From assembly GCF_009914755.1 (NCBI RefSeq), contig NC_060941.1: DNA of 64,000 bases. One strand, given 5' to 3'. The DNA is from the human T2T-CHM13v2.0 reference genome, Homo sapiens. Positions 12,990 through 30,970 of the stretch are shown one piece after another (positions within the stretch are counted from its first letter, which is position 1; every line of letters starts with the position of its first letter). The notes under the pieces are model-generated. The model worked only from the letters and a program-made list of their open reading frames with translations. It was not told the DNA's origin and ran no database searches. The position numbers were made by a program, and so were the translations under genes.

Positions 12990-13465
12990 TGTTTTGGGAA
13001 ACGTGGATCCTGCCTGACCAGAAGGGTGAGTGGACACATGAGGCAGGGCTAACTCTTTCTTGGCCACAGTGATAGGATCAGGATGAGGCAAGTTGCCCAA
13101 ATTCAGTCCATTGGAGTCTTCCCTAAAACTTCTGCTGGAACTCTCCAAACAAAAAGAAAGAAAAATACTCTTTTTCATGGACTCTCTAGCTATAAAACAA
13201 AATGAAAACAGATAACTCTTTCCTCATTTTGGATAAGGTTAGCCTAAGATTGAAGACAATACAAGGATACCATTGGTGATTTATGGAGAAAATGAGACAT
13301 ATTCCTAATAATATCATCTGAGCACTTACAGCAAAATGTGCCTGAAGCCAGAATCAGCCCTTGAATTTTCTGGTGATAGAAGTCAATAAATTCTCTCTTT
13401 TTTGTTTGTTTAGGCTAGTTGAGATGATTTTCTATCACTTAGAATCAAAACAGTCCTTGCAGACA
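12990..13465 (+). mobile_element. MLT1J/K-like LTR inserted in a MIR
   Basis: gtgcctgaagccag...gtcaataaattctctc...gctagttgag...tttctatcactt; MIR halves at about 12835-12960 and 13470-13570. Confidence 0.65.
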
Positions 13466-14228
13466 GAGTTAAATCCTCTCGATCCCATAATTATTTTTTG
13501 AATCCAAAATATGACCGCAAGTAATCTAATACCAGAGCCCATGCTCATAAGCATGAAACTCTGTTGTCTTTATTTACTCATTTTGTTTATTTTTCCGTTT
13601 ATGTATGTGTTCACTCATTCATTTATTCATTAAACACATACGAAATTAGATAAATATGGGCTTGATCATTTACTTCTTTTAAAACAGGGGAAGCAGTATA
13701 GAGATCTTTCTAGTTGTTATGGTTAAATATTGAGGGATTTTGAATAAGAGTAATATATTACAATTTACTTATTGAAAAGATTACTGTAGCAATGCATATG
13801 GAAGGAACTTTATAGGAACAAGAGAAGGAGCAAGAATATCAGTGTAGAGACTTGTTTTCTGGGAGAGAAACTAGAGTGTTATTGATGAAGACACTGATAA
13901 GAGAGGATATTTGAAATATATTTTGGAGGGAGAGCAAATGAATCTGCTGATGGATGCAATGTGGTGTATAAGAAAAAAGGGAAAAATCAAAGATGGCTTC
14001 TAGGTCTTTGGCCTGAGCAACTCAGAGAATGATTATGCCATTTAAGTAAATATTTAGAGAAACAGAGATAGTGCAAAATGGCTACTGAATGGTTCCGGGT
14101 AGAATGGTTCAGAAGCAAAAATCAAATATAGAGATTTGGTCATACTAAGTTTGAGGTGCTTGTTAGATATCTAGGCGGAGATGTCAAATAAATATAAATC
14201 TGAAGATCAGAATATAAACTCAGATTAG

Positions 14229-14570
<342 letters not shown>

Positions 14571-14708
14571 TGATTGCATTTAACACCATGGAAATAAATT
14601 TAATTTTGTCCTGAGAAGAGAGCATAAAACAGTATAAGTAGAAAAGTGAAGAAGACCAAGGTCTGAGACCTGGAATATTCCCACATAAAATTAGGAAAAG
14701 AAAGAAGA

Positions 14709-15327
14709 GTATCTTAGTCTATTCATGCTGCTATAAGAAAATACTCAAGACTGACTATTTTATGATGGAGAGAACTTTATTTTCTCACAGTTCTGGAGGC
14801 TGGAAAGTCCAAGAACAAGGCGCTGCAGAGTCTGGTCTGTTTCCAAGACAGCAGCTTAAATGCTGCAGCCTCCAGAGGGGAGGAGCACTGTGTCCTTACA
14901 TGGCAAAAAGTGAGAGAAGCAAAAGCAAAGGCCACTTTCTGTGTGGAGGAATTTTTTTTTTTTTTGACGGAGTCTTGCTCTGTTGCCAGGCTGGAGTGCA
15001 GCAGCAAGATCTCGGCTCACTGCAACCTCCTCTCACTGCAACTTCTGCCTCCCAGGTTCAAGTGATTCCCCTGCCTCAGCCTCGTGAGTAGCTGGGAATA
15101 CAGGCACGTGCCACCATATCCAGCTAATTTTTTGTATTTTAGTAGAGACGGGGCTTCACCATATTGGCCAGGATGGTTTCAATCGAGAAGCCTCTTTTAT
15201 AAGGGCCTTAATCCCATTTACAAGGCAGGCACCCTCATGACCTAACCACCTCTTAAAGGCCTCACCTTTTAACACTATCACATTGGCAATACCTGAATTT
15301 TAGAGGGGACGCACTCAAACCATATTA
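14709..15327 (-). mobile_element. MST (MSTC/D-like) LTR split by an Alu
   Basis: tcttagtctattcatgctgctataag...cacagttctggaggctggaaagtccaaga...ccctcatgacctaaccacctcttaaaggcc...caaaccata. Confidence 0.85.
14952..15184 (-). mobile_element. 5'-truncated AluSc-like with internal 16-bp duplication, no TSD
   Basis: ctcactgcaacctcct-ctcactgcaacttctg; ends at ggatggtttcaatc. Confidence 0.9.
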
Positions 15328-15841
15328 TGAAGCCAGAAAAGAAACACAAGAAGAAGCAGTCCGTGGGGTTAGAGGAAAATAAGTCTAGCATAATGAGGTG
15401 GAGGAAAAACTAGTTTCAAGAAAGATCAGCTGTGTCTACTGGGTCCAGTGGTGTTATTAACCAAGTAGAATTAGACATAAGAAATAGAGTTTAGCAAGAT
15501 GTAATTTATTCCTTAGCTTGGCAATAATGGTTTCATTAAATTATTATAGTGAGATCTAGAGAGGGCTTCATCTTTTTCAGATGGAAAAGGAACACGTGTA
15601 GCATGTGTGTTTCTTGATGGCAATGCTCCAATTGAGAGGAAGAGCATTCTAGGTAAGCTAGAGAAAAGTTTGGCAAACAAGGGAGGGCAGAGAAATAGGC
15701 TGGAAACTGGAAGGGAAGGTTGAGGAGATTTTTTGAAAGATGAGATCTGTTGTATGTTGTATGTTATATGTTATATTTCATGTTGACAAGAATGACTCAG
15801 TCCATAAGGGAAGGACACAATTACAGGAACTAAGGCCTTGG

Positions 15842-16254
15842 TGTTTCACAGTGGGCAAACCTACCCCAAAGTCCAAGGAAGCTGATAGCCTTAAAAAAAG
15901 AGGCTGACAAATCCAGCTTCTTAGAAAGAAACAGTTCATAGGGACTTACACACAGAAGCCAAGTCTGTGTCCCAGGTAATGTCAAGGCAAAATGGTGGAT
16001 CCTGGTGCCATTACTCCCCAGAGCCAGGGCTTATATACCACTGGAAAAGGGTAATTCAGAAGGGATATGTAGGACAACTGAAGTATGACAATATCAGTGT
16101 TGTTTGATCTAAGGGCAGGATTTACAGTAAGGAGGCATTCTTATATAAGGAGGAATAGATAAACTGGAAACCTTAGAGATCTTCCAGGAACAGGGGTTCA
16201 TCAGAAGTCAACATGGTGATTAGCATCCAAGATAAAGCTGATTCAGTTTTCATA
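15842..16254 (-). mobile_element. ERVL-class solo LTR (LTR47-like)
   Basis: Minus strand reads ...atcttggatgctaatcaccatgttgacttctgatgaacccc...; 5-bp TSD cttgg/ctggg. Confidence 0.7.
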
Positions 16255-16581
16255 CTGGGGTAGGTGAGAAGTAAAAAGATCTCATACCCAAGAAGAGAAA
16301 ATGGCCCGGGGCACAGGTAGATTAAGGCAAAGTATATGGGTACAGGTACAGGTGAATCTGACATTTGGTGGTAGAGGAAGATGAGGCATGGAATTCTCTT
16401 ACGTAACTTTCATTTTAACCATTCCATCACCTTCTATTGTTCATGCTAACTTACTCAGGAAATCCTATTTCAGTATTTATTTTATCTCACCAAGACCTCG
16501 AATGCGCTTTTCTCATACTGGTGTTTCACTGTTCATTTCTGTTTTTTCAAGGCAGGCTTATAGGGTTGCTGCTGGAGGAGG

Positions 16582-16626
16582 CTTGAGGTAGGGACAGAAG
16601 GTGTGTTCTTGAGGTAGGGACAGAAG
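16582..16626 (+). repeat. Short direct duplication (19-bp identical core, period 26)
   Basis: cttgaggtagggacagaag at 16582-16600 and 16608-16626. Confidence 0.9.
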
Positions 16627-16787
16627 ACGTGAAATTAAGGGGGAAAGTGAATTTTCTGGGAACTTCAGAAAAGACAGCCCACCTGGCATTTGTGCTCACA
16701 AACTTTTTAATACAACTCATCAGCCCAGTTTCATTTGCATTTTCTTGAGCTGTGTTCAGATGCCTGAGTGTAGGTTGAAATAGATCA

Positions 16788-17297
<510 letters not shown>

Positions 17298-17383
17298 TCA
17301 ACATACACATGTGAGGAATGAATAAAAATAGGATGCAATGATTTGAGGGCTTTTGGAGATAGTACAGTTATGGGTAATGATGA

Positions 17384-17821
<438 letters not shown>

Positions 17822-18204
17822 TAATTAAGTTTCACAAAACACTACTGATCATTACCACTGAGACACACTAAGATAATGCCAGAAATACTCTGGTATTTCC
17901 CATCTATTCTATTTCATTAAAAATTGCAGGTTGCAACCTACTATATTTTAGACGTATTGTTGGGTTATGGCTTGCAGTTTGTAAAGTGCTGGTCTTAGGT
18001 ATGACTATAGCAGTAGGTAGCAGAAATGGAGTGAGGGAAAGAGTTGGTGGAAATAAGGAGGTCAAACAACAGGAGCACCAGGATTGGGGTGAGTCATTTA
18101 TGTGGATGTTGAAGTCACCACAACTGATGGTGAGTCATTATATTTTTTCTACATAGACTGTAGCCATTATCCACATGTAACTATTTAAATTGAAATGTTT
18201 AAAA

Positions 18205-18735
18205 GTTGTATTGAGGTGTAACTGATATACAATGAACCATACATGTTAAAGCTGTACAAGCAATAGCTTTTGACATATATAAGTATACACAGTTTATGCA
18301 TCCATATTCACAATCAAGATACTCAACATATCATTAGCCCCTTTCTACACCTACCTGCTCCATCATCAACCTACTTCCCAGAAAATCTGATCTGTTTTCT
18401 GTCTCTATACATTACTTTGCATTATCTAGAATTTTATATGAAAAGAATAATACATTATGTGATCTCTACAGTCTGACTTTTTCAGCATAATTAGCTTGAG
18501 ATTCATCTATGTTGTTGTGAGCATCGATTACTTTCTTTTTATTGCTGAGTTGTAGACTATTTTAGGATATTCCACAGTTTATTCATTCACCTGCTCTGAA
18601 CATTTGGGTTGTTCCCAGTTTGGGGCAAATATGTTGCTGTAAGCATTGCTGTATAAGACTTTGTGGGGACATACGCTTTCATGTCTCTTGGTAAATACCT
18701 AGCAGTAATTGCTGGATCATGGTTTCTTTTTAACT
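18205..18735 (-). mobile_element. L1MB/L1MC-like 3' end
   Basis: tattgaggtgtaactga...gagattcatctatgttgttg...catttgggttgttcccagtttgggg...ttggtaaatacctag. Confidence 0.8.
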
Positions 18736-19236
18736 CATATATTTTCTATTTCAGACAGAGACCGACATGCTATGGCCTCCGAAGAAAAATTGATACACAA
18801 ATAAACTGGTCTTTTGCCTAGACTGTGTAAACCAGCATTGGAATCTGTGTAATTGCATCTCTGCCTGTTTGCATACATAAATGAACATTTAATCTCCCAC
18901 TTTCCAATATCATAGTTAAACATTTGCCTGAGATCTGTAATTTAAATCCGTACAATTCCAACTCCAATATCTTTCTAGGAATTCTATTAAGAGAGGCTAA
19001 TTGCCTTTAATGAGGGGATATACTACTTTTCTTTATGTATGTTTGTAATTGACACTTGAATGCTTTATTTTTTAACATGACAAAGATATTAACTCAGTAA
19101 TTTACATATACTGGGCTGAGTTTAATTCAAATAAGGACACTGATTTGAGAAGATAGTAAAGTAATTCAAGTTATTGGTGAATGATTAGCAAATATACATT
19201 TTAATTACATCCATGCAGAGGAGAAGACAATATAGA

Positions 19237-19395
19237 AGTGGTTCCCAAATATCAGTTTGCCTTAGAGTCACATAGAATACAGATTTCTGGCTCCCACTCA
19301 GAGTTTCTAGCTCAGTAAGTCTAAGGTGAGGCAGAAAATATGCATTCCTAGCAAGTTTAAGCTAGGGTTGCTGGATCACAGCTTGTGAACCCCTG
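19237..19395. mobile_element. MER5A (hAT-Charlie MITE)
   Basis: agtggttcccaaa...atacagatttctggctcccactcagagtttct...tgcattcctagcaagtt...gaacccctg. Confidence 0.75.
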
Positions 19396-19530
19396 TAGTG
19401 TGATTACACCTGTGGGCTCACCTGTGTTCAAATCGCCACACAATTATCTAGCACCTGTGACACCTTGGGCATATTACTCTAAGCCTCGTCATCTCTAAAA
19501 TGGACATGATGTTAATAATGCCATAGAAGA

Positions 19531-19911
<381 letters not shown>

Positions 19912-20536
19912 TTACATAACACACTTTAAGCAGAATCTGTTAGCTGATACTTTAATTATAAACTTAAAATATATGGTAACATAAATCACCGAATTTAATG
20001 TGATATTATAAAAACCTAGAGCATGATATAACAAACAAGAGACAAAAAGACCAAACTGTCAATGAACAGTTTTATTTTGTTTTGTTTCTCAGGAAACAAA
20101 TTCGAAATTGGAATCTCTTCCATTTCTTTCCCATCTTCACTTTCTCCTTCCAATAGCCCTTGTTGCCTCCTGGCAGGTGTAATGAGGTCAGGAGAGGTCA
20201 GAAGATTTTTAGGAAGCCTTTCAATTAAATTTCTTGGCACCTGTGATGATTGGGCCAATAATCTCTTGAAAACAATGGTAGCTTTTTCTATTTGATCCAA
20301 AATCTACCTGTCACCATAATTAACTCCACTGGCACAAATCCCTGTCTTATCAATCCAGTCATTAAATGCAGCTAGTTCTTACTCAAGTGCAGATGTATAG
20401 AAAGGTCAAGACCTATTAATATTAATAAGACCCATACGGCATAATATATGAATTATGAATTATTAAACTAAGGGCAAAAAAGGCTTGTAAACATTTTGCT
20501 AGAGTGTAATATACTCAGGACAAGAATCCTAGTGGA

Positions 20537-20858
<322 letters not shown>

Positions 20859-20872
20859 CTAAAAACAATTAA

Positions 20873-22276
<1,404 letters not shown>

Positions 22277-22339
22277 CCACATAATATGCAGGGATAGAGG
22301 GAAAGAAGTGATATAAAATCTATTGCCGGGGAAAGCCAG

Positions 22340-22560
22340 CTTCTTTATTGAGCATTTATTACGTTACACATTCAGCTAGTCACACTACACATAATATTTC
22401 TAACATTTTTTTCTACCACAACCTCTCCAAGCATTATTCCCAATTTGCCGGAGATAAAACTGAAGGTTAGATATTTAAATTAACTTTTTCAAAGTCACCC
22501 ACCTAGAAAAGGGTAGTGCTGAATCTCTATCTAAGATTAAATAACTGGAAAGACCAAGTG
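22340..22560 (-). mobile_element. MIR
   Basis: tttattgagcattta...ttattcccaatttg...aaactgaagg...ttaaataacttttcaaagtcac. Confidence 0.65.
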
Positions 22561-23371
22561 TCTCTGATTCCTGCTTTGTGTGGCTACTCATTAGTATTCA
22601 CTATCAGACATTCATTTTAACCCACACTACTACCACTTAATGTCATAGGTATTAGCTGTGTGCTGGATGCTTTCTCTGTATCAAGTCTGAACCTTACTGC
22701 TCCACTCTATGATCTTAGAACTGCTGGACCAGGTTCAGAACTCTCAAACCCATGTCTGCACTCTTTCCACTCCACTGTGCTTGCAGTTGTTCAAAGGCCG
22801 AAGGCGTGCCCCAAAACATTTTTAAGCAAATGTCCTTTATCAATTTGGTTACTACACATGACTTCACAGCCAGCATTTGCCACCAGCCCACAGCTTCTAT
22901 TGCATAACTAACCTTGCCAGGTGTCCCATCAGAATGCTTGGATCAAGTAGCAATTTTAAATGAAGTGCAATATCATTACTCATACAGCTGCTGAAATTTA
23001 ACTCTTTAAATTTACTTCACCAAACTGACATAATGAGGATCACAGACAGAAGGAAATCAGTATAAATGATATCTTCATGTACATTTGAATCATGGTTGAG
23101 TCATAATCTAATATTGAATCACTTAGGGTAGAACTCTTAATTCAGTGAAGTTATCAATTAAAAAAATCCTTGCAACTTTTACACAGATGAAATTCTGATC
23201 ACATGCCATTGGAGAAACAAACTTGGATATATCAGATTTAATCTAACATAAATAAAAGAGAACCCAACATTTATATAGTGCGATTTTAGTTTCTTTTCAC
23301 ATATCAACTTTTTTGATCTTCATTAACAACCTTACAACGTGATAATCAGTCTCATTTTAAGGTGAAAGACT

Positions 23372-23677
<306 letters not shown>

Positions 23678-24194
23678 CTAAGGCACAAGGAGATTAAGTG
23701 ATGTGGTGGGTGGTCAGGATTTGAACCCTGAATATCCCTAAGAACTACAAAATTCTATATCACTTTGTACAAGCCTGCAATGTGGAAGTAAGCATTAATG
23801 TTAGAATAGTTCAGCTTGGTTAGCTTTTTACTCTATCTTCCTTTTTCTTCTCTTTCCTGACATTCACTTTAGACTACCTTGTTTGTGTCACTCTTCAAAC
23901 AAGGAAGGGAAAAAATAAGAAGTAATTATAATATTGCTAAACTGAAAAAGCTATTTAAATAGCCTCTGAAATTTAGACATCTTTCTGTCCTTTGCAATGA
24001 CATTTTCTATATTTATTTGAAGGGAAAAATATATTTCTAAATCAATACACTGGACCCATTAAAAAAAAAAGAGTAGGAGCAAATTCTTATGGTGAGGAAA
24101 ATATGAAGAGGAAGTTATATTCAGGAAGCCTATCAAAGCTATGAAGTTCTAAAATATTAGTTAAGAGAGAAAGAGTGAGAGGAAAAAGTACTGA

Positions 24195-24527
<333 letters not shown>

Positions 24528-24758
24528 ATGAAATAGGACTTTAAAAAAGCATTTTTGAAATGTTGAAAACTCAGAAAGCAATAAAATATAGTCTTTTTAA
24601 AGTAAAATGATTTGCACATAACTGGGGTTCAGACAGGGCAAATGATGAAAATAGCTGATGAGACTAGTCTACCTAGAGAAAGGCAGAGATGGCCACCTGG
24701 TATCCTCAAACAACCTAGATGTTTTTACTTAACCTGGTTGTAACCACAGACTTGCTAG

Positions 24759-25104
<346 letters not shown>

Positions 25105-25851
25105 CGAAGTATAATGTTTAAAGGGAGTTAAGGAGTTACGTAAAGGATGATATTGGTAGTTAGATTGTCCACACGCTTCTCAAGGTGAAGAATAAAAATG
25201 AAGGACTCCCAGGCTGTTTGTAATTTTGCAATGATGTGGTAAGAAATGAGTACTATCCATGAATGCTATTTTTACATATCCAAAGTTTCAATAACCAGAT
25301 GCTTTTTCCATGCCAATTTAATATTCTGGATAATAACTAGATTCTCCACTGATGTAATAATAAGAGCTATATCTGTTAAGTATTTCTCAGGGAGTATGTC
25401 AAACATCTTAGGCATTTAATCTTGCAATATTTCCTGTGACCTAAGTGTTATTATCTCCTTTAAGTAGATAAGAAAGCTAAGTTTAAATTTGTTTTGTTTA
25501 CCTTGTTTCTCTTTATGTTAGAGAATCTTTTTATAGTCTCCATATTTATTGATTATGAGGATGATGTGTCAGAGACTGCAATCACGCATATAGGTAAAGT
25601 TCAAAGGAATTCAAGAAGAACTTACTCAATCCACTAGAAATCAAATATAATTCCTAGATAGAAGTCTCATCATGCATGCATGAGTAAAAGGAAATATATG
25701 TTTAAGGACACTATAAACAGAGAAAAATAAAATTTTCCAAATGACATTTTATGGTATATTTCTCTGGTATATTTTAGAGTACATTCGCTTGGCTCTCAAT
25801 AAAATAAAATAACATATTGGCTCACTGAAACAAGAGATAAGAATGAGATGA

Positions 25852-26150
<299 letters not shown>

Positions 26151-26499
26151 GAATGAGATGACTAGATAAACTGAGATTAAAAGGGAGACTCTGTAGGACA
26201 AAACAGAAATAAATAAGAAGCTTGATAATATTAATATACTAAAAAGGTGATAAAAACAAAAGAAGTGAAAACAGAAGCAGTGAAAACAAAATTTATCCTC
26301 AAGAAGATAGAATTCGAAAATGGAGAGTAAATTGGAGAAGTTATCCCAGGATGGCAGAAAAAAGAAAGATAATTAAAAACATGAGAAAGATGATAGAAGT
26401 GGAGAACAAAGAACAAAGATTGAATATGTAAATCTTTAGTGTTATTGAGGGGTTCTCCAGAACAAATGCAACCAAAACAAGAATTTAAAACATGGGAGA

Positions 26500-26866
<367 letters not shown>

Positions 26867-27157
26867 TCAGATAAAAAGGAGTTAAAAAAAATAACAAAAA
26901 GAGAGTACTTGAAAAAATCAGGTAGAAAGGCTATCTAAAGATGATGAAAAATCAACTAGCCTCAGAGCTTCCTACAACTTTAAATGCTCTTAAGACAATG
27001 GAGCAATGTGTGTAAAGTTTTCAAGGAAAACTATTTTAAGTAAAGTATTATATACCTATTAAAGGTCTTTTCCTCACAGAAAAGTAATATAACGATTATA
27101 CGTACATATATATGTATGTATATATTCAGATATCCAGAAAGTATTATATATTCATAT

Positions 27158-27602
27158 TGTCAGCCTTAAATAATTAGATTCAGAAAATATGACTAATATA
27201 TCGAGTTTATTCAAGTGGAAAGCTTGAGAATAAGCGCTTGGGAAATACAGACTCCAAAACAATGGGTCAGCATTCCAAAGTGGGGAAGTTACAGTTTCAC
27301 TTATATAGGCAGTTAACAGGGGTTGCAACATTTTCCAAACAAAGTCAGTACCTACGCTGTAGCAATTTGATTACAGCTTGCTACATTTCAAGAATGATTG
27401 CTTTAACATTCTGTGAGGAGGAGTGACGGTCTGAGGAGGTCTTATCTCTTATGCTACAAAGCCTTTCCTAATGATTTTCACGAAAAAGCAGGAGTTACAC
27501 CTGCATGTTAGGTGGCTCAGGCCAAATAGCCTCATTCATCTCAAGGCTCGAAAAATAATTTAAACTTCCAACAGTTTTAAGTTTGAATTATTTAGTTTCA
27601 TA
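27158..27602 (-). mobile_element. ERV1 (MER4-group) solo LTR, LTR23/LTR24-like
   Basis: Minus strand begins ...gaaactaaataattcaaacttaaaactgttggaagtttaaattatttttcgagccttgag; 4-bp TSD atat/atgt. Confidence 0.7.
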
Positions 27603-28039
27603 ATGTTTATTGAAAAAAATGTATTTGAAGTAGAAGTGGAAAAGAAACAGAAATGGTTTTTAAATGGCCGATACGGAATATTGAATTTTTTTAAATATTA
27701 AAATTTTTATATATAGTTAGAGGGTTAAATTTACATGAGGAGATCAGATATGACAATATAATAAGTTGAAAATAGAAAATAAAATATGAAATATAATGTC
27801 AATAAATTCTGTAAGTAACCTTGATAACAGGTATTGAGAAGCTTCATATATGTTTAATTTAAAATTTTAAGAAATTGAGGAAAGGTGGAACTTCCATATA
27901 TAGCACCATCTGAAATAAATAGAAAGAAACAAATACGACAAAGACAAAAACAAAAGAAAAAAAAAGAAAGAAAGAAAGAAAAGAAAAAGCTGAAACCGAG
28001 GAAAGGCCAAACCATTTTTAACAAATTTTTTAGGGCTAC

Positions 28040-28629
28040 TGAAGCGGCATTGTTGTCTGGGGTAAATACCCAAGGTTTGTTTCCTCATGCCAAGGAAATC
28101 AAGAACGTGGACACAGGTGGAGTGAGGTTAAGAGCAGAGATTTAATAAGCAAAAGAGAGAAAGGAGAACCGCTGGATTTCTGGCCCACCTTGGAGTGCAC
28201 AGAGTTTTATAGACAGGCTTGAGGATTTACATAAGGCCCAGAGTTTGCTTGGACCAGGTATGACATTTACATAGCCCACGAGGAAGCTGGCTACCCCACC
28301 CTAACCTTTTATTATGCAAATGCAGTCTGTACTTGGCTGGGCCATGTTGCCTGCTCCTTACTCGGCACGTGGTTGACAAGGTGAGGGGAAGATGGAGCCG
28401 CCATGTTGGACAAGGCTTCCCTGCAGGTAGCCTTTTCCTATTGGCACGGCGTCCTCACCCGTGCAAGCTTCCAACTTGCTTGTCTATGCCTGCAGCTTGA
28501 TTTTACAGGCTGCTCTTTGTTAGAAAAGAAAATGATTTGGGGCTGCTTTTTTATTAAAAGGAAAACATTACCAAGGACTTCCTCCCTCTCACTATCTGCC
28601 TAAATAATGTCTTCTTAACTCCTGTATCA
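28040..28629 (-). mobile_element. LTR9-family ERV1 solo LTR
   Basis: Minus strand TGATACAGGAGTTAAGAAGACATTATTTAGGCAGATAGTGAG...GGGTATTTACCCCAGACAACAATGCCGCTTCA; TSD ctac/ctat. Confidence 0.85.
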
Positions 28630-28846
28630 CTATCATTGACATCTAAAGCATCAACCTCAAATATCTCCTCAGACACTTTAGCAAAAAAACAGTAGAATTC
28701 TCTATCCAGACAACTTGTCATTCTCAAATAAAGATGATAGGATGACTTTCAGAGATAGTAAAAGGACTCAATAACAATGTTACCAGTGTATTCTTTCAGA
28801 AAAACTCATTGAAGGCACAATTTAACCAACTAAAATTTCAAAAGTA

Positions 28847-29135
<289 letters not shown>

Positions 29136-30161
29136 ATCAAAAGTAAAAACACTGTAAGTAGCAAGTTAAAACTCCATCTAAAACCATAAATACAAGCAGT
29201 GTAATAAATATTATATATTACATCTTATAATTTTTGAGACAAATGTGACAGGTTAAAAAATCATAAATTAATTTTAAAATACTGAAAAAACATTTCAAAA
29301 GTATAACTGAATTCATGTTTCATTGAGGGAACTCACCAATTATAATTTCATTTTTATCATTTCAAAATTAACAAATATAAGTTTAAAAGAATGCTTATCA
29401 GTTATGAAAGACATTATACAACTATAAGCAGAACTTCTAGCAGACAGAATGTCTTCCAAACTAACACATGCATGTGTAAAATTTCCAGAAAATATAGTGG
29501 CATAGAAAACAACGAAAATAGAAGGGAAGCATAAGAAACAAAAGCCATATATTAAAATCATTGAAATTAAACCAAATATACCTGTTCCATCTTAGAATAA
29601 AAGTCATACTAATTTACTGAAAGCAAAATATTTTAAATTGGTTCAAAACATAAATTAGAGAATATTATATATACATATATTTAAGTTAAAAACATTTAAA
29701 TAGCATAAATTTCATCAATCGTAATTTCTGACCACAATGCAACAAGACAAGAAAACTATAATTAAAAAACATGGCAAAATCATAGTAGTAAGAAACTAAA
29801 GTATTACTTGCCTAATGAATACTTGGACAAAGATAAAGCCAAACTGCACAATTCGCTATTGATTGCTAGCACTTTTTTGAACAGTTACTATGGCCAGGTA
29901 CTCTCCCCAGTATTACAGAGGCTACACAGTAAACCTGAGAGTTAGGGTGTAAGCCGAGGTCATAGCAGTGAAGAGCACAAGCTCTGTAGCTGAATGACCA
30001 GGGTTTGAATCTGAGTCCACCACCTGTCAGTTGCCTTGGACAAGTTACTTGTCTCTCCTAGCTTCAGTTTTTCCTTATCTGAAACACAGGGATAATAGTA
30101 GTATTAGCATGATAATACACCATTAAAAGTGAGTTATGAGCAATATATGACTTGATACATA

Positions 30162-30793
30162 CATCAGAGGCATTCAAACCAAAGCGACACCATCTTGAAT
30201 AGGGGCTGGGTAAAATAAGGCTGAGACCTACTGGGCTGCATTCCCAGGAGGTTAAGGCATTCTTAGTCATAACATGAGATAGGAGGTCTGTGCAAGACAC
30301 AGGTCACAAAGACCTTGCTGATAAAACAGCAGGTGGCAAAGAAGCTGGCCAAATCCCACCAAAACCAAAATGGCAAGGAAAGTCACCTCTGGTCAAGCTC
30401 ACTTCTCATTACATGCTAATTATAATCCATTAGCATGCTAAAGGACAGTTCCACCAGCTCCATGACAGTTTACAGATGCCATGGCAATGAAAGGAAGTTA
30501 CCCTATATGGTATAAAAGGGGAAGGAACCTGCAGTTCTGGGAATTGCCCAGCCCTTTCCCAGAAAACTCATGAGTAATCCACCCCTAGTTTAGCATATAA
30601 TCAAGAAGTAAACATAAAAATAGCCAGCCAGCAGCCCTCAGGGCTGTTCTGCCCATGGAGTAGTAGCCATTCTTTTATTCCTTTATTTTCTTAATAAACT
30701 TGCTTTCACTTTAAGGATTTGTCTTGAATTCTTTCTTGTGCAAGATCCAAGAAACCTCTTTTGGGGTCTGGATCAGGACCCCTTCTGGTAACA
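30162..30793 (+). mobile_element. MER41B solo LTR (ERV1)
   Basis: tcagaggcattcaaaccaaagcgacaccatcttgaataggggctgggtaaaataaggctgagacc...aataaacttgctttc...ggggtctggatcaggaccccttctggtaaca; about 630 bp; TSD cata/caca. Confidence 0.92.
30535..30564. promoter_or_regulatory. Tandem GAS (STAT1/STAT3/STAT5-type) sites in MER41B
   Basis: TTCTGGGAA at 30535-30543 and TTCCCAGAA at 30556-30564, both perfect TTCN3GAA. Confidence 0.6.
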
Positions 30794-30970
30794 CACATGA
30801 AGGGCTTAATAGAGTGCCCGACTCATAGAGAGTGCCCAATAAATAGTAAATATTATTGTTATTATCTCACGTTACTAACTCTTTAAACCTGACTATGGGC
30901 ACATAGCCAAACTTAAGAGACGTGTATTTTATATCTTGTACCGATTAAACCCTTTATCTTGTTTCGAAGG

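Larger units (their letters stand above)
29960..30865 (+). mobile_element. MIR split by MER41B
   Basis: gggtttgaatctgag...ttggacaagttactt...cttcagtttttccttatctgaaa; resumes agagtgcc...agtgcccaataaatag. Confidence 0.75.

Noticed and set aside
18721-18810. Acceptor at 18754/18755 followed by AATAAA as a terminal exon
   Set aside because: The pyrimidine tract abuts an antisense L1 end, and such motifs are common by chance in AT-rich DNA.
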